Shown in pieces: positions 50,301 to 61,418 of a stretch of 64,000 nucleotides of DNA. Below the pieces are notes generated by a model. That model worked only from the letters and a program-made list of their open reading frames with translations. It searched no databases and was not told the DNA's origin. Numbering within the stretch: position 1 is the stretch's first letter; the number at the start of each line of letters is the position of its first letter. Source of the DNA: Pristiophorus japonicus (taxonomy: Eukaryota); the NCBI RefSeq assembly GCF_044704955.1, contig NC_091979.1, positions 162,006,001 through 162,070,000 on the forward strand. The letters are read 5' to 3'. The position numbers and the translations under genes were made by a program.

Positions 50301-51199
50301 CTTACTTTTGACCCTGTTACAGCTGCAGCTAGCTCCTCCTCCGGCCGCTGCTCCCGAACTGCCGCCGACCTCGGACTGCTGCTGGGCCTTTATAGGCAGC
50401 CGCTGCTCCTCCTTTGGCCGCTGCTCCGGGTTAAATTTTACCTTTGCAAGAAGCTCACAATGGCAAGCAGGACAGGTTCTTTGTTGTCTCTCCCCAAGAT
50501 CTGTATGGACCACACCCAAGTCTTGTGACTTCTCCATTTCATCCCTGCCCTCCCCACCCCTGGGCTCATTACAGTCTTCTGACATCTCCTCCCCCGGTCT
50601 CATTTGCTGCCTAGTGCAGTCTTTCAATTGCCACCTCCACCTCACCCCGGGCGTGGGGCCGATTCTGACAGCTGGCGCTGTGACTCTCCAGCCCTATTTG
50701 AAGACGTTCAGTGGTAGCGTGTGAGTAAAAAAAAAATGAAAACTTCAGAATTCCATGAAACATCCATGTACTCCATTGAAAGGTAAAACAATGTCATCTT
50801 TATTATGGATATTTAAAGTGTATTTGACTCCCTCCAAAAACTTTGATGAACAACAATGGTGTCTTTCAGCGGCGATTTCTCAATGTGCGCTGCTTTCTGT
50901 TAACTCACCAGAAAGCTTTTCGGGAGTAGCCAGTTATACCGACCTAGCAGAAATTTTTTTAGGGCAAACTGTGAAAAATCTTCAAAACTGATGCAGACAT
51001 GAGGGAACCTAACGTCAAAAAAACTTAACATTACAAAATCATAACTAACTCAATTACGCCAGCGCAGATTCCATGGGGAAACATTGATTTAAATACTTAC
51101 GCAAAAAAAGGCACACGCCAAAACAATGGTGCAAATAACCCAGGAAAATTGAGCCCACAGAAACAAAGTGAAATTAATTGACATATTTATTCCTGAATG

Positions 51200-51580
51200 A
51201 TGATACTTTAACAGAATCCTAAAATCCACAATCAAATCACCCCTGCAACTTTTATATTCCAGGGAATACAAGCCTAGTTTATGTAATTTCTCCTCATAAT
51301 TTAACCCTTGGATCCCCTTGTAACATTCTGGTGAATTAGCGCTGCACTCCTTCCAAGGCCTTTGCTTTCTAAGTTGCAGTGCCCAGAACTGTATACAGTA
51401 TGTCAGATGTGATCTAATCAGGACTTTGTATAGCTGTAGAAAAATTCTTTCCATTTATATTATCGCCCACTAGTTAGTAAGCCTAACATTCCATTAGCAT
51501 TTTTGAGTATTTTTTTGTACCTGCCCACAACAGTTTATTGATCTATGGACCTCTAAATCTCTTTGGACTTCCACTATATG
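51200..51580 (-). mobile_element. Old CR1-clade LINE fragment
   Basis: LQLYKVLIRSHLTYCIQFWA...YEEKLHKLGLYSLE. Confidence 0.75.
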
Positions 51581-52075
51581 TTGAAGAAGCCCCAGATCCT
51601 TCCTCAGCAATTAGTTAAACAAGTTTTTCATCAATTAGAACTTCCAGCAGATAGAACAACATGTGGATGAATCTTCTGGCACCTATCAAAAAATAATACA
51701 TCCATTGTTCTATAATGGATTTACAATTTGAGTAGCTGTTGATCAAAGTGCTCCTGGGCCTCAAACTAGACAACTGACTTTGCATTCCAAGGTACAGAAA
51801 CAGTGGCTTCTTCTAGGAAATTATTGGTTGAAATTCATTTTTGAAATCCGCACTGTTAGCCGAGTTAGCCTATACAAAAAGGCTAGGCACAGAATTTCTC
51901 AGGAGTCAAAATTGGATGGTTCCTGGAATCCATCACAGGTAGTAGCACTAATATTAGATTTCAGCCCCTGTAAAAATAACATTTACAGCAATAATAATAA
52001 TTCTGCAATACAGTCAGCAATAGTAAATGGTGGTCGTGAAATTCCCGTGCCTAGCCGTGGCAGTTGTGGCTGGTT

Positions 52076-52225
52076 TAGAAACATAGAAACATAGAAACAT
52101 AGAAAATAGGTGCAGGAGTAGGCCATTCGGCCCTTCGAGCCTGCAGCGCCATTCAACGAGTTCATGGCTGAACATGCAACTTCAGTACCCCATTCCTGCT
52201 TTCTCGCCATACCCCTTGATCCCTC
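52076..52225 (-). mobile_element. CR1 3'-end fragment
   Basis: (AGAAACAT)n tail and CR1 3' UTR. Confidence 0.85.
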
Positions 52226-53007
52226 TAGTGGTAAGGACTGCACTGGTCACCATCTGAGGAAGGGTGATAGCGTGGCCGTTGCTTGCATATGGTGGAAGAA
52301 TTCAAATGAAGCAGATCATGACATCAATCAGTGTGTAATGCTGATTTGATGCATGATCTGCCATTTTAAATGTCTCCATTTCACTGAGCGCACTCTCCTA
52401 AGCATGCACAGCTGAACACAATGGAACCCCTCACCAGCACTACTTAAAGGGACACAATGCAACTTTGAGGCAAGTTGCTTTTTGCTTTGGTTCTGGTTCC
52501 CGTACACTTTGTTGGAGAAGTGCCTTGGTGTAAGATACTTAAAAAGTGGGAAAGTGTGCAGGGAGTACTGCTGGACATTGGGAAGCTGTTGACTTTTAAA
52601 GGAAGGCCTCTGATTACACCACTTGCCCCCAGTCATGGGGGCTCTACTTGCAGTCCCCCTCACACTGCAGCATGACAGAGAGATGGAGCAGAGGTAGCAA
52701 AGACAAGCTGCTCACAGAAGGAGGGGGAGGAGGGGGAGGAGGCCTGTCAGCAGGCGGCCTTACCTACCTAGGGTCTTCAGGGAGCACTTCTCCCCTGCGG
52801 GTGGAAGACTTGACTCCTTCTGTAGGCATCCTGCAACAAGGCCTCCAGTGTTGCATCGGAGAACCGAGGTGGACGCTCTCTTCCCTGTTGAGGCATATTG
52901 CTTCAGCTCCAGCCACAATGAAGTACTTCTGTATCAGAGCACCTCCCCTTTACGAAATGCAGACAGTCTTTGACTCCGCAGACAAACTTTAAATATAGAA
53001 CAGACTG

Positions 53008-54986
53008 TGTTATGTCTCAAATAAAGCAATGTGACTGAGTACACTCCAAAACAGACATCTATTGTAGATGAACAGACCTTTGTGTGTGCTGATGCAGCTG
53101 AGGCCTTTCGAAGATTCCACCAGCTCCTGCGTCATGTAGGTCGAGGTCAGGTCCAACTTGGTGAATGTCTTCCCTCCTGCCAGTGTCACAAATAGGTCAT
53201 CTGTCTTTGATAGTGGGTACTGATCCTGCAATGAAAAACAGTTAATCGGTACTTTATAGTCCCCACAAATTCTGATCATGCCATCGCCCTTGAGAACTGG
53301 AACAATCGGACTGGCCCACTCGTTTGAACTCAACCGGCGCGATGGTGCCCTCTCATTGCAGCCTGTTCAGCTCAATCTCCACTTTCTCTCGCATCATGTA
53401 TGGCACCGCACGTGTCTTGTGGTGGATGGGTCGTGTACCGGGAACCAAGTGGATCTGCACCTTTGCCCCAGAGAAATTTCCGATGCCTGGCTCAAACAAT
53501 GATGGGAACTTGCTCAAAACCTGGGCAAATGAGGCGTCATTGACGGACGAAAGCGCTCAAATGTCGTCCCAGTTCTGCGGATTTTTCCCAGCCAGCTTCT
53601 GCCGAATAGTGTGGAGCTATCTCCTGGTACAATCCATAGTGGTAGTTCGTGCACCGCTCCATCATAGGAGACTTTTACTGTTGCACTGCCAATTACAGGG
53701 GTCAGCTCTTTAGTGTAAGTTCTCAGCTTGGTATGAATAGGGCTCAACTTGGGCCTTTGTGCCTTGTGCTCCACAGCCTCTCAAAGGCCTTTTTGCTCAT
53801 GGATACTGGAATTCCATTCAGTTCAACTTTTAACATGATCGATGGACATTTCGTGGTGAAGGTGTGTATCCCGTACACTGTTGCCTCCTTGATTCGAGTC
53901 TCTAGTTCAGTTTGATCCACCATGGATCGGTCTTCCTCTGCAACGTAGTGGTTTGCAGGGTTTGCAGCTTGTCTGAACATTCAGTGGAGGTGTCCCATCG
54001 TTCCACAGCCTTTGCACGCATAGTGTTTGATGCGGCATTGATGGGCTCAATGATCACCTCCACAGTCCCAACAAGGTGTTAATTGCCTTGCATTCACACT
54101 TGATGGTGGGCCCTGAGTCATCTGAGGTCGTGCAGCTGCAGGCGTGTACATTCTGCCATATACATTCCTGCCTGAAAACGACGTTACTTTGTGTACAGTA
54201 CTAGCCTATGCATCTTTGTGCTGCGAAATTTGTTTGGTGTTATCCCTGGTGGATATAAATGCCGAGGCTATCGTTATGGCTTTGCTCAGGTTCGGTGTTT
54301 CAACAGTCAATAGTTTGCGAAGGATAACCTCATGGCCAATGCCAAGCACAAAAAAGTCTCTTAGCATTTGCTCCAGGAATCCACCGAATTCGCAATGTCC
54401 TGCAAGGCGCCTTAGTTCGGCGACGTAGCTCGCCACTTCTTGGCCTTCAGACCGTTGACACGTATAAAATCGACACCTTGCCATCAAAACGCTTTCTTTC
54501 AGATTTAGGTGCTCCCGGACCAGCGTACACAGTTCTTCATTCGATTTGGTTGTTTATTTCACCGGAGCAAGAAGCCATAGCCCCGCAGACGGTGAGGAGG
54601 ATCGCCTTTCGTTTGGCAGTGTTCTCATTCCCTTCCAGCTCGTTGGCCACGAAGTATTGGTCGAGTCGCTCCACGAAGGCTTCCCAATCGCCACCTTCTG
54701 AGAATTTCTCCAGGATACCAACAGTTCTCTGCATTTTCGCGTGATTGTTCATTATCTAATACTCATCACTAGTTGTTATGTCTCAAATAAAGCAATGTGA
54801 CTGAGTACTGTAAACTTGAGTAAGTGCGACCTTAGTCTTTTTATTCTAACTCCAGAGTGCTGGCACAGCATTGGAGGCCTGCTTATATGCAGTGTTCCCA
54901 AGGGAGGCTGGGATCCCTTGGGACTCCAACAGATGCGCCCTCTGGTGGTGGTAGAATGCTGGTTGCAAGGTGTTGCATACATAACA
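53008..54986 (-). mobile_element. Gypsy (Mag-like) LTR retrotransposon 3, internally deleted
   Basis: 5' LTR 54774-54986; only about 35 bp of the 3' LTR remain (53008-53042). TSD GACTG/AACTG, decayed PBS, gag-PR-RT N-half present, RNase H and integrase lost. Confidence 0.9.
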
Positions 54987-55254
54987 AACTGCACAGGATT
55001 TTGGTCCCCCTGTAGAGCACTGAGCCAACCACAGCGCATTTAGCACTGGGCTCAGCGCTGCAATCTTGGTAATGAGAAGCCAGCATGAATTTCAATGGGC
55101 AGATCGTTCATCACAATCCCCGCGTTAATTTTCAGGCCAAATCGAATTTTGCTCCCAGTGTATTTGTTGAATCTATGTATGGATAGATGTGAGCACAACT
55201 TGATATTATTGTTGAATCCTATCCAGGCAAGGCAGATACTCAGAATAATTTTCC

Positions 55255-55822
55255 CCGCTCAGAATGTACTGTTTACTGATCTCATAGAAAACTCAACAGT
55301 CACTCTAAACATGGACAGGGTTGCAGAGGTATTGGCAGGACAGACGCCCCAAGGTCAGTGTTCTCGCTCAGGCCAACATCCCCAGCATCGAAACATTGAC
55401 CACGCTCGATCAGCTCCGTTGAGCGGGCCACATCGTCCGCATATCCGACACGAGACCCCAAAGCAAGCGCTCGATGCAGAGGTGGGCCGAGGAAACACAA
55501 CAAAGACAACCTCAAAGCCTCCTTGACAAAGTGTAACATCCCCACCGACTCCTGGGAATCCCTGGCCCACAACTGCCCAAATTGGAGGAAGAACATCCAG
55601 GAGGGCGCTGAGCACCTCAAGTCCCATCATCAAGAATAAGCAGAAACCAAGCGTAGACAACGGAATGAGCGTGCGTCAACCCTTTCCTTCAACCACTGTG
55701 TGCCCCACCTGTGACAGAGACTGTTTGTCCTACATTGGACTCCTCAGTCACCTGAGAACTCATTTTTAGAGTGGAAGCAAGTCATCCTCGACTCCGAGGG
55801 ACTGCCTATGATGATGATGATG
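55255..55822 (+). mobile_element. RTE-clade LINE 3' fragment
   Basis: LKASLTKCNIPTDSWESLA..W, terminal C2H2-like CPTCDRDC..IGLLSHLRTH, (ATG)n tail. Confidence 0.75.
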
Positions 55823-56758
55823 GACAGGGTTGCAGAAAGACTGCAGTTTGTCAGAGTTAGGATCACGTGCAATTTGGCAGTGGGCATGGCTGGCCGACAA
55901 GGCTCCCCACCTGTTGTGGCAATCTTCAATCAGCCCCAAAGTGCTCTGGAAGTACTTGACTTTATCTAAGATACTCTGAGAAGAGATATTTAACAAATTA
56001 AAAGAATAGCTCATAAAATCACTAATATAACTGGTGAGGATATTAACAAATGTGGCTGATCTTCCCATTTTTAAAATCTTTTTGAAATTATATTTTCAAT
56101 CTTACATTTTCAGATTTATATTTCATGAAGCCATTCTACATTTTTCTGACATTGTGTTTATGGGAGGAGTGCATTCCTAGATTAAGGTTTCTTGGCATAG
56201 CTGGGCTGGGTGAAGTGTAAGGATTAAAATAGTTGGTTTATTCTTGGTCTTTGGAGTTCCTCTATGTTGGAGAATAAAGGATGCTGCTTACAAGTGATGC
56301 TGTTTATTAGAGACACTGGTGGGCCTCTGCCGGCTTAATCCCCCTCTTGTGCTATTTGGCTTTCTCTCTTTAGAAGGTGCTTTAGGTGTTAGGGCGAGTG
56401 GGAATTGTGCTGATTGGGATCATTTTATGAACAGTTAAGTGAAATTGTTCATTTAACATCCCACGATCTAAGGTTTTTTTTTAACAAGAGCTTTCAGTAT
56501 GTTTGAAACTTTTATTTTAATCACTTAACAAAATAGCTCTTTACATTTGCAACGTGGGCCTAATGGTCCCCTTCGGTGCAGTATTATTCCATGATTCTAT
56601 GATATTTATTCGCGGTTGAAGATATCTAATACCAATGTACTTCACAGTACAGTGATGTGTCTAAAGGTTATAATGATGGATGGACAGAAAGAAGAAAAGA
56701 AAGTTCGGACAGACTTCTCACCTGCCAAGATCTAGGAGAGGGTTTTAGGAACTTTAAA

Positions 56759-57736
56759 GGGCCCAATTTTGTCCATCACTTGCTCCAATTCTTTTTGGAG
56801 TAAGTTGGTTTTTCTGGCGCAAGTTAAAAAACGGCATTTTTCCCAAAAAATTTGCTCCAGAGTAGCTCAGTTAGGTACGATTTTTTTTTTGTTCAGTTTT
56901 TTTTTCAAAAGGGGGAGTTCCCAGCCACTTACACCAGTTTTGGCCATTTATGGCTCTTTGGCCAGCTCAAACTTACTCCAAATCGACTTAGGTCAGCGTA
57001 TGTGGCTAGCTCTGAAAAACATTGCGGGCAGCTAAGAATTCAGCGCAGGTTAGTACATTTAAAGCACCAAGACTTACAAAGCACTAAACAAGGCACAAAA
57101 AGTAATAAGCAATTAGTTAACAAATAAAAACTAGAAGGAAGCTGAGAGGACCTGCACGAAGACTTACAAAGCTCTAAACAAACCACAAAAAGTAATAAGC
57201 GATCAATCAATAACAAATAAAAAATAGAAGTCCTACCTTTATGCCAGAAACAATTTTTTTTTAAAGTCCCCCCACCAACCCAGCCCCACCCCCCTCCACA
57301 TCAAAACTCTCCTCCTCCGCCCCCCACAATCAAAACTCTCCTCACTAAACAAAGCACAACCATCAATAAATAAAAAATAAAACTCAAGTTCAACCTCGGC
57401 CCGGGAAGTCAGTGGGCCAGCTGGCTTGTGATGGGAGGCCACTCGGCCGGGGATAGGGGCTGCAAGCATCGGGTCCTGCTCACAGCCCGCAGGACATGCT
57501 GGGAGGGCGAGGAGCATGCGCGCAGCCCTCACTGCACAGGCGCGGAGCTGCCGGCAGTGTTTTCTGCGCTGGGCTGTTGCTCCCCCCCACTGCACTATGT
57601 ACGCCATGCTGGGACACTGGAGACTCGGCAGAGCAGGCAGGATGGGGCCACTTTTTTTCGGCGCCATTTCCAGCGCGCAAAGGCACCGCATTTAGGGTAA
57701 GTGTGCCGAAAAAAGGGGTTGGTGAAAATTGGGCCC
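56759..57736. mobile_element. Harbinger-type MITE, same family as 22238-23238, inverted
   Basis: TIR GGGCCCAATTTT / AAAATTGGGCCC; internal sequence closely matches the reverse complement of the first copy. Confidence 0.88.
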
Positions 57737-57894
57737 ATTGTTTTGATTGAGAAATTTAATTGAAGGGCCACGGACATCAGGGCAAGGCATCAACAAGGTC
57801 AAAATGACATGTCTTATATGTCATAAAATGACAACTAAAGAAACATTTTGCCCAGTGCTGACCTGTGCATCTGTGATCTGTTAGAGAACAGTAA

Positions 57895-58201
57895 CCCCCA
57901 AACCCGCGACCTCTACCACCTAGAAGGACAAGAACAGCAGGCGCATGGGAGCACCATTAACTGGAAAGTTCCCCTCCAAGTCACACCATCCTGACTTGGA
58001 AATATATCACCGTTCCCTCATCGTCGCTGGGTCAAAATCCTGGAACTCCCTCCCTAACAGCACTGTGGGAGCACCTTCACCACACAGATTGCAGCGGTTC
58101 AAGAAGGCGGATCACCACCATTTTCTCTAGAGAACTTAGGGATAGGCAATAAATGCTGGCTTTGCCAGTGATGCCCGCATCCCAGGAACAAATAAAAAAA
58201 A
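57895..58201 (+). mobile_element. L2/CR1-clade LINE 3' fragment
   Basis: AGSKSWNSLPNSTV...FKK and an A-rich tail; same family as 21673-22232. Confidence 0.75.
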
Positions 58202-58398
58202 CTGCAGAAGCCTGGGGCAGAGCACTGTCCCACCCAATTAGCATTTGGGAAAAGTAAAAGAGCGGAAATTAATGTTCATTAATGTGACAATGTTTTTTGT
58301 TATAATTATTTTTCATTGTATAATCTTTTCTTTTTAGCATGTTAGTTCTTACGAAGCATATTTTTTGATGTTCGACAAAAGGAATTGATTTCAATCAC

Positions 58399-58404
58399 TT
58401 TATT
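58399..58404 (-). terminator. Polyadenylation signal of gamma-crystallin gene B
   Basis: AATAAA on the minus strand 34 nt after the stop. Confidence 0.7.
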
Positions 58405-58438
58405 AGAATTTTGTATAATTATGTGGATGGAAACAACA

Positions 58439-58714
58439 TTACAAATCCCTCATGCGCCTGAAAGATCCGACAGTTGAGTTGTAGCCGCCCCAGTCACTGA
58501 ATCTCCTGTATTCACCGGGTCTCATGAAGTACTGTCGGCCTCTGTAGTTGGGTTGTTCATAGAAGTTCCAGTAACCGTCCATCACATGGCAGGAGTGAAT
58601 GTCACGGTAACGGAAACGATCGTAGACAGATGGACAGTCATCCATGAATTCCATCATCTGTCCTCCAAAGTCAGGCCTCTCGTAAATCTTCATTCGGTAG
58701 TTTCCACCTCGGTA
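58439..58714 (-). CDS. cryg: Gamma-crystallin gene B exon 3
   Basis: TTCCAG acceptor at 58715-58720; Greek keys 3-4; TAA 58439-58441. Confidence 0.95.
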   Translation of the reverse strand, partial: YRGGNYRMKIYERPDFGGQMMEFMDDCPSVYDRFRYRDIHSCHVMDGYWNFYEQPNYRGRQYFMRPGEYRRFSDWGGYNSTVGSFRRMRDL

Positions 58715-59478
58715 CTGGAATAGAAATAAAATAACATTAGCCACGACATTATAAATAGATCGGGGTAGATTTTTACTTTCGGTGGCAGCGGAGAACTGGT
58801 GGTAGATGTTGTACACCCCACCCGATCTTCCATTCCAGTCCTTTCCATTGACTTCACTGGAAAGTAAAATCAGATGGGGTGCATAATAATTTTTCTCCCA
58901 TGTACATATCATGTGGCATTTAGAATTATCCAACTGGCCTTACTGCTGTAACAAAAATATGGGCAGGTAGATGCAACACACAAGAAGCCACAATAGACAG
59001 GAGAAACAGAAAACAATGTTTCCGCTTTTGACACCCACACACCTAATTGCTGAGCATATTCATCATTCATTAATCCTCAATTAGTTTAGAACACAACAGA
59101 CAAGATGCATAGAGGACAAAATGATAACTTACGTATGGATAAGTGCGACATGACCCAATGCTGTCATTGAATCCCATCCAGCGCTGGTAGTCAGGATATT
59201 CTCCCCTGCTCAGAGCATACTGGTATCCCATGTAATTGGGTCTCTCATACGCCACCCACCAGTCACTCTCCACACGGATGGAGTTACAGCGTCTGAAGTA
59301 AGGGGACAGGTCAGTACAGTCAGTACTGCACTCGTAGTGCCGACCCTGGAAGTTCCTGTCCTCGTAAAAGATGATCTGTGGGGCAAAATAATGTTTGATA
59401 AGTAAGCAAGCTTCAGCATTTTGAATGTAATTACTAAAACTGCTAGCATTTACTGAGATAAAAATTTACCTTTCCCAT
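58439..59478 (-). CDS. cryg: Gamma-crystallin gene B (shark gamma-S1-like), 175 aa, join(59470-59478,59133-59375,58439-58714)
   Basis: 9/243/276-bp exons, GT-AG introns. [23 protein letters not shown]...[43 protein letters not shown]...GSFRRMRDL, intact. Confidence 0.95.
59133..59375 (-). CDS. cryg: Gamma-crystallin gene B exon 2
   Basis: 243 bp between CACAG and GTAAGT; Greek keys 1-2. Confidence 0.95.
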
Positions 59479-59536
59479 TTTAAGGTTGTGTAGCGTCAAG
59501 AGAAACACTATTTTGAGGCCTACAGAATTGGTGACC

Positions 59537-59543
59537 TTTTATA
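59537..59543 (-). promoter_or_regulatory. TATA box of gene B
   Basis: TATAAAA about 60 nt upstream of the ATG, similar spacing to gene A. Confidence 0.7.
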
Positions 59544-61418
59544 CATACCAGAAAATGCACTGTAGGAAAACCTTTATTAGTTAAATGGCTACACTGAATT
59601 GTTCCCAGCATGCACTGCACTCTGTAAAGGAGTGACAGTCGTGATTTTGAACTGTTGCTGCTTTTTTTGTAATCCCTTTGTAACTTCTAGGCTTTTTGTA
59701 CAAAAAAGAACTACGCTTCTAAGTGATTTACGACAATGAGCTTTCTGGAATCCTCCAAACTGAGCAATAGCAACCTCAGCGAAAACATCCTGGGCTATGA
59801 CAGAACCCTTTTCATCAAAGGTTTCTATGTGGACAGTGCAGACTGTAAAATGAATAATGTGGGTGGTGAAACGCCAGTATTTCTCCATTTTATACTCATG
59901 TTCACACTTCGTTTGCTCAATGGATCAAAGGCAAGAATTTCAGTCTCTGATTATTTTAACGATTGCTTTCTTTCCCATGTTGGCCTCTACTTTAACTGGT
60001 GATGATTTTTAATTGTATATTCCTGAAAAGGAAAAAGTGATTTTAAAAGCATTCGCATTGTTAATGAGTCAGATTAATTCATAGTCAAATTTTATATCAA
60101 TTCACCCTGAGGGAAGACGGGAGGAGGCTCAAGTGGAGCATAAATGCAAGAATGGACAGTTTGGGCCAATTGGCCTGTTTCTGCACCATATATCCGATGT
60201 AATCCTATGTAATCTTAACAGGTCGATACACCCGTTCTTTATTATAAATGTTTGAGAGTAGAGTTTCCGCTTTGGGCACAATCAGAAAATTGCACCCAAC
60301 ATGCACTTGAACTCCCACTGGTTAGGTTAGGCTTCAAGTTTCCACTAAAATTCATTTGCATCATCACAAATGAAACAGTACAATTGGGCAGCATAAAAGG
60401 ACATAAACTTTTTTTTTCCTTTAAGAAGTATTCCTTGATATATTTAAGAGAGTTAATCTGCTGTAGTTTCATTAATATAGCTGAAAATAGGTTTATCACC
60501 AAAAATAAGCATTTTTGCTCGGGGTATCCGGTACTCCACCAGGTGAGTAACCTGATTTAAACAAAAATGATTTAAAAAAATTATACTGAGCCATTAAGCA
60601 GTTTCATTGGTACACACTAGTCAGTTTCTTAGTGAATTAAATATTTTTTGATATGAAAAAGCATTTAAAACGTGTGTGTGTGTCGAAGAAAATCAGCACA
60701 ATTTGAAGAGCTTTCCTGAACCAGTGCAATCAGTGGAAGTTTGACCTGGGGGTGTGGTCAGTTTTGTGGGCAAATTGAATCATGAACTAGCGTCAATGAT
60801 CACGGAAACCACAAGTGGCTTTGGGCGTAACTCAGTGCATTTAACATTTTCTGATCTTTTCCGCTGGTTCCGCAGATACTGCCCAGATTGCGCTGGAATC
60901 TGGCCTCAAAACAAACAGAAACAAGCAGCAATTTCCGGCTCCCGATGATTCATTTTATGCTCATCATAGTGAAGGATATCACTGTGGTAGAATGAAAAAT
61001 GTCCCATGGTAGGAATTGTGGTCTACGTCCACTTTCAGCAGCTTGCGACTGAACTGAAAGGCTCGAGGTCAGGCTTTGGGTCTCACTAGCATTTTATCCG
61101 TGAGCTGCGGGTAGCACCTGCACAGGCAACTCACGCATTGTGAAGACACAAATAAAAGCTTAAGGAATAGTTTCTTTACCTTGAGAACGAATTTATTGTG
61201 CAACTTGATACCTACTACAGTAAATATGAACTCGGTGGAGCCAGTAGAAAAACAAAAGATCAGAATCTTGACTCAATAGGGACCAACAAAAGTTAAGGAC
61301 TGAAAGGAGGAGGTCGGTACAAATAAGCCATGTAGGTTGTGAATGAGGATTTAAATGAGACTGGAACTTTTGAAAAGCACTAGCCCACATTGGCCAACCT
61401 TAAACTGATTGAGGGTGT

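Larger units (their letters stand above)
41637..50430 (-). mobile_element. Essentially full-length CR1 LINE (about 4.3 kb without the nested Gypsy), degenerate
   Basis: GC-rich 5' UTR near 50330-50430, ORF1 49250-50140, ORF2 from 49028, RT remnants, and tail at 41637. Confidence 0.92.
33975..51156. mobile_element. PIF/Harbinger transposon expanded to 17 kb by nested insertions
   Basis: TIR GGGCTCAATTTT / AAAATTGAGCCC with flanks AAA/ACA; convergent Myb/SANT gene and transposase inside. Confidence 0.8.
52030..55155. mobile_element. Internally deleted Harbinger remnant
   Basis: Transposase 5' end on + (52635-52795, RRPYLPRVFREHFS) abuts a Myb 5' end on - (MPQQGRERPPRFSDATLEALL, 52896 downward); ends approximate. 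Confidence 0.6.

Noticed and set aside
58439-58933. 164-aa ORF as a crystallin with a novel N-terminal extension
   Set aside because: The first 73 codons are intron 2 read-through (including a MITE-like piece). A canonical acceptor lies at 58715.
60250-60910. Additional Harbinger-type MITE upstream of gene B
   Set aside because: Composition is suggestive but I could not pair TIRs or find a TSD.
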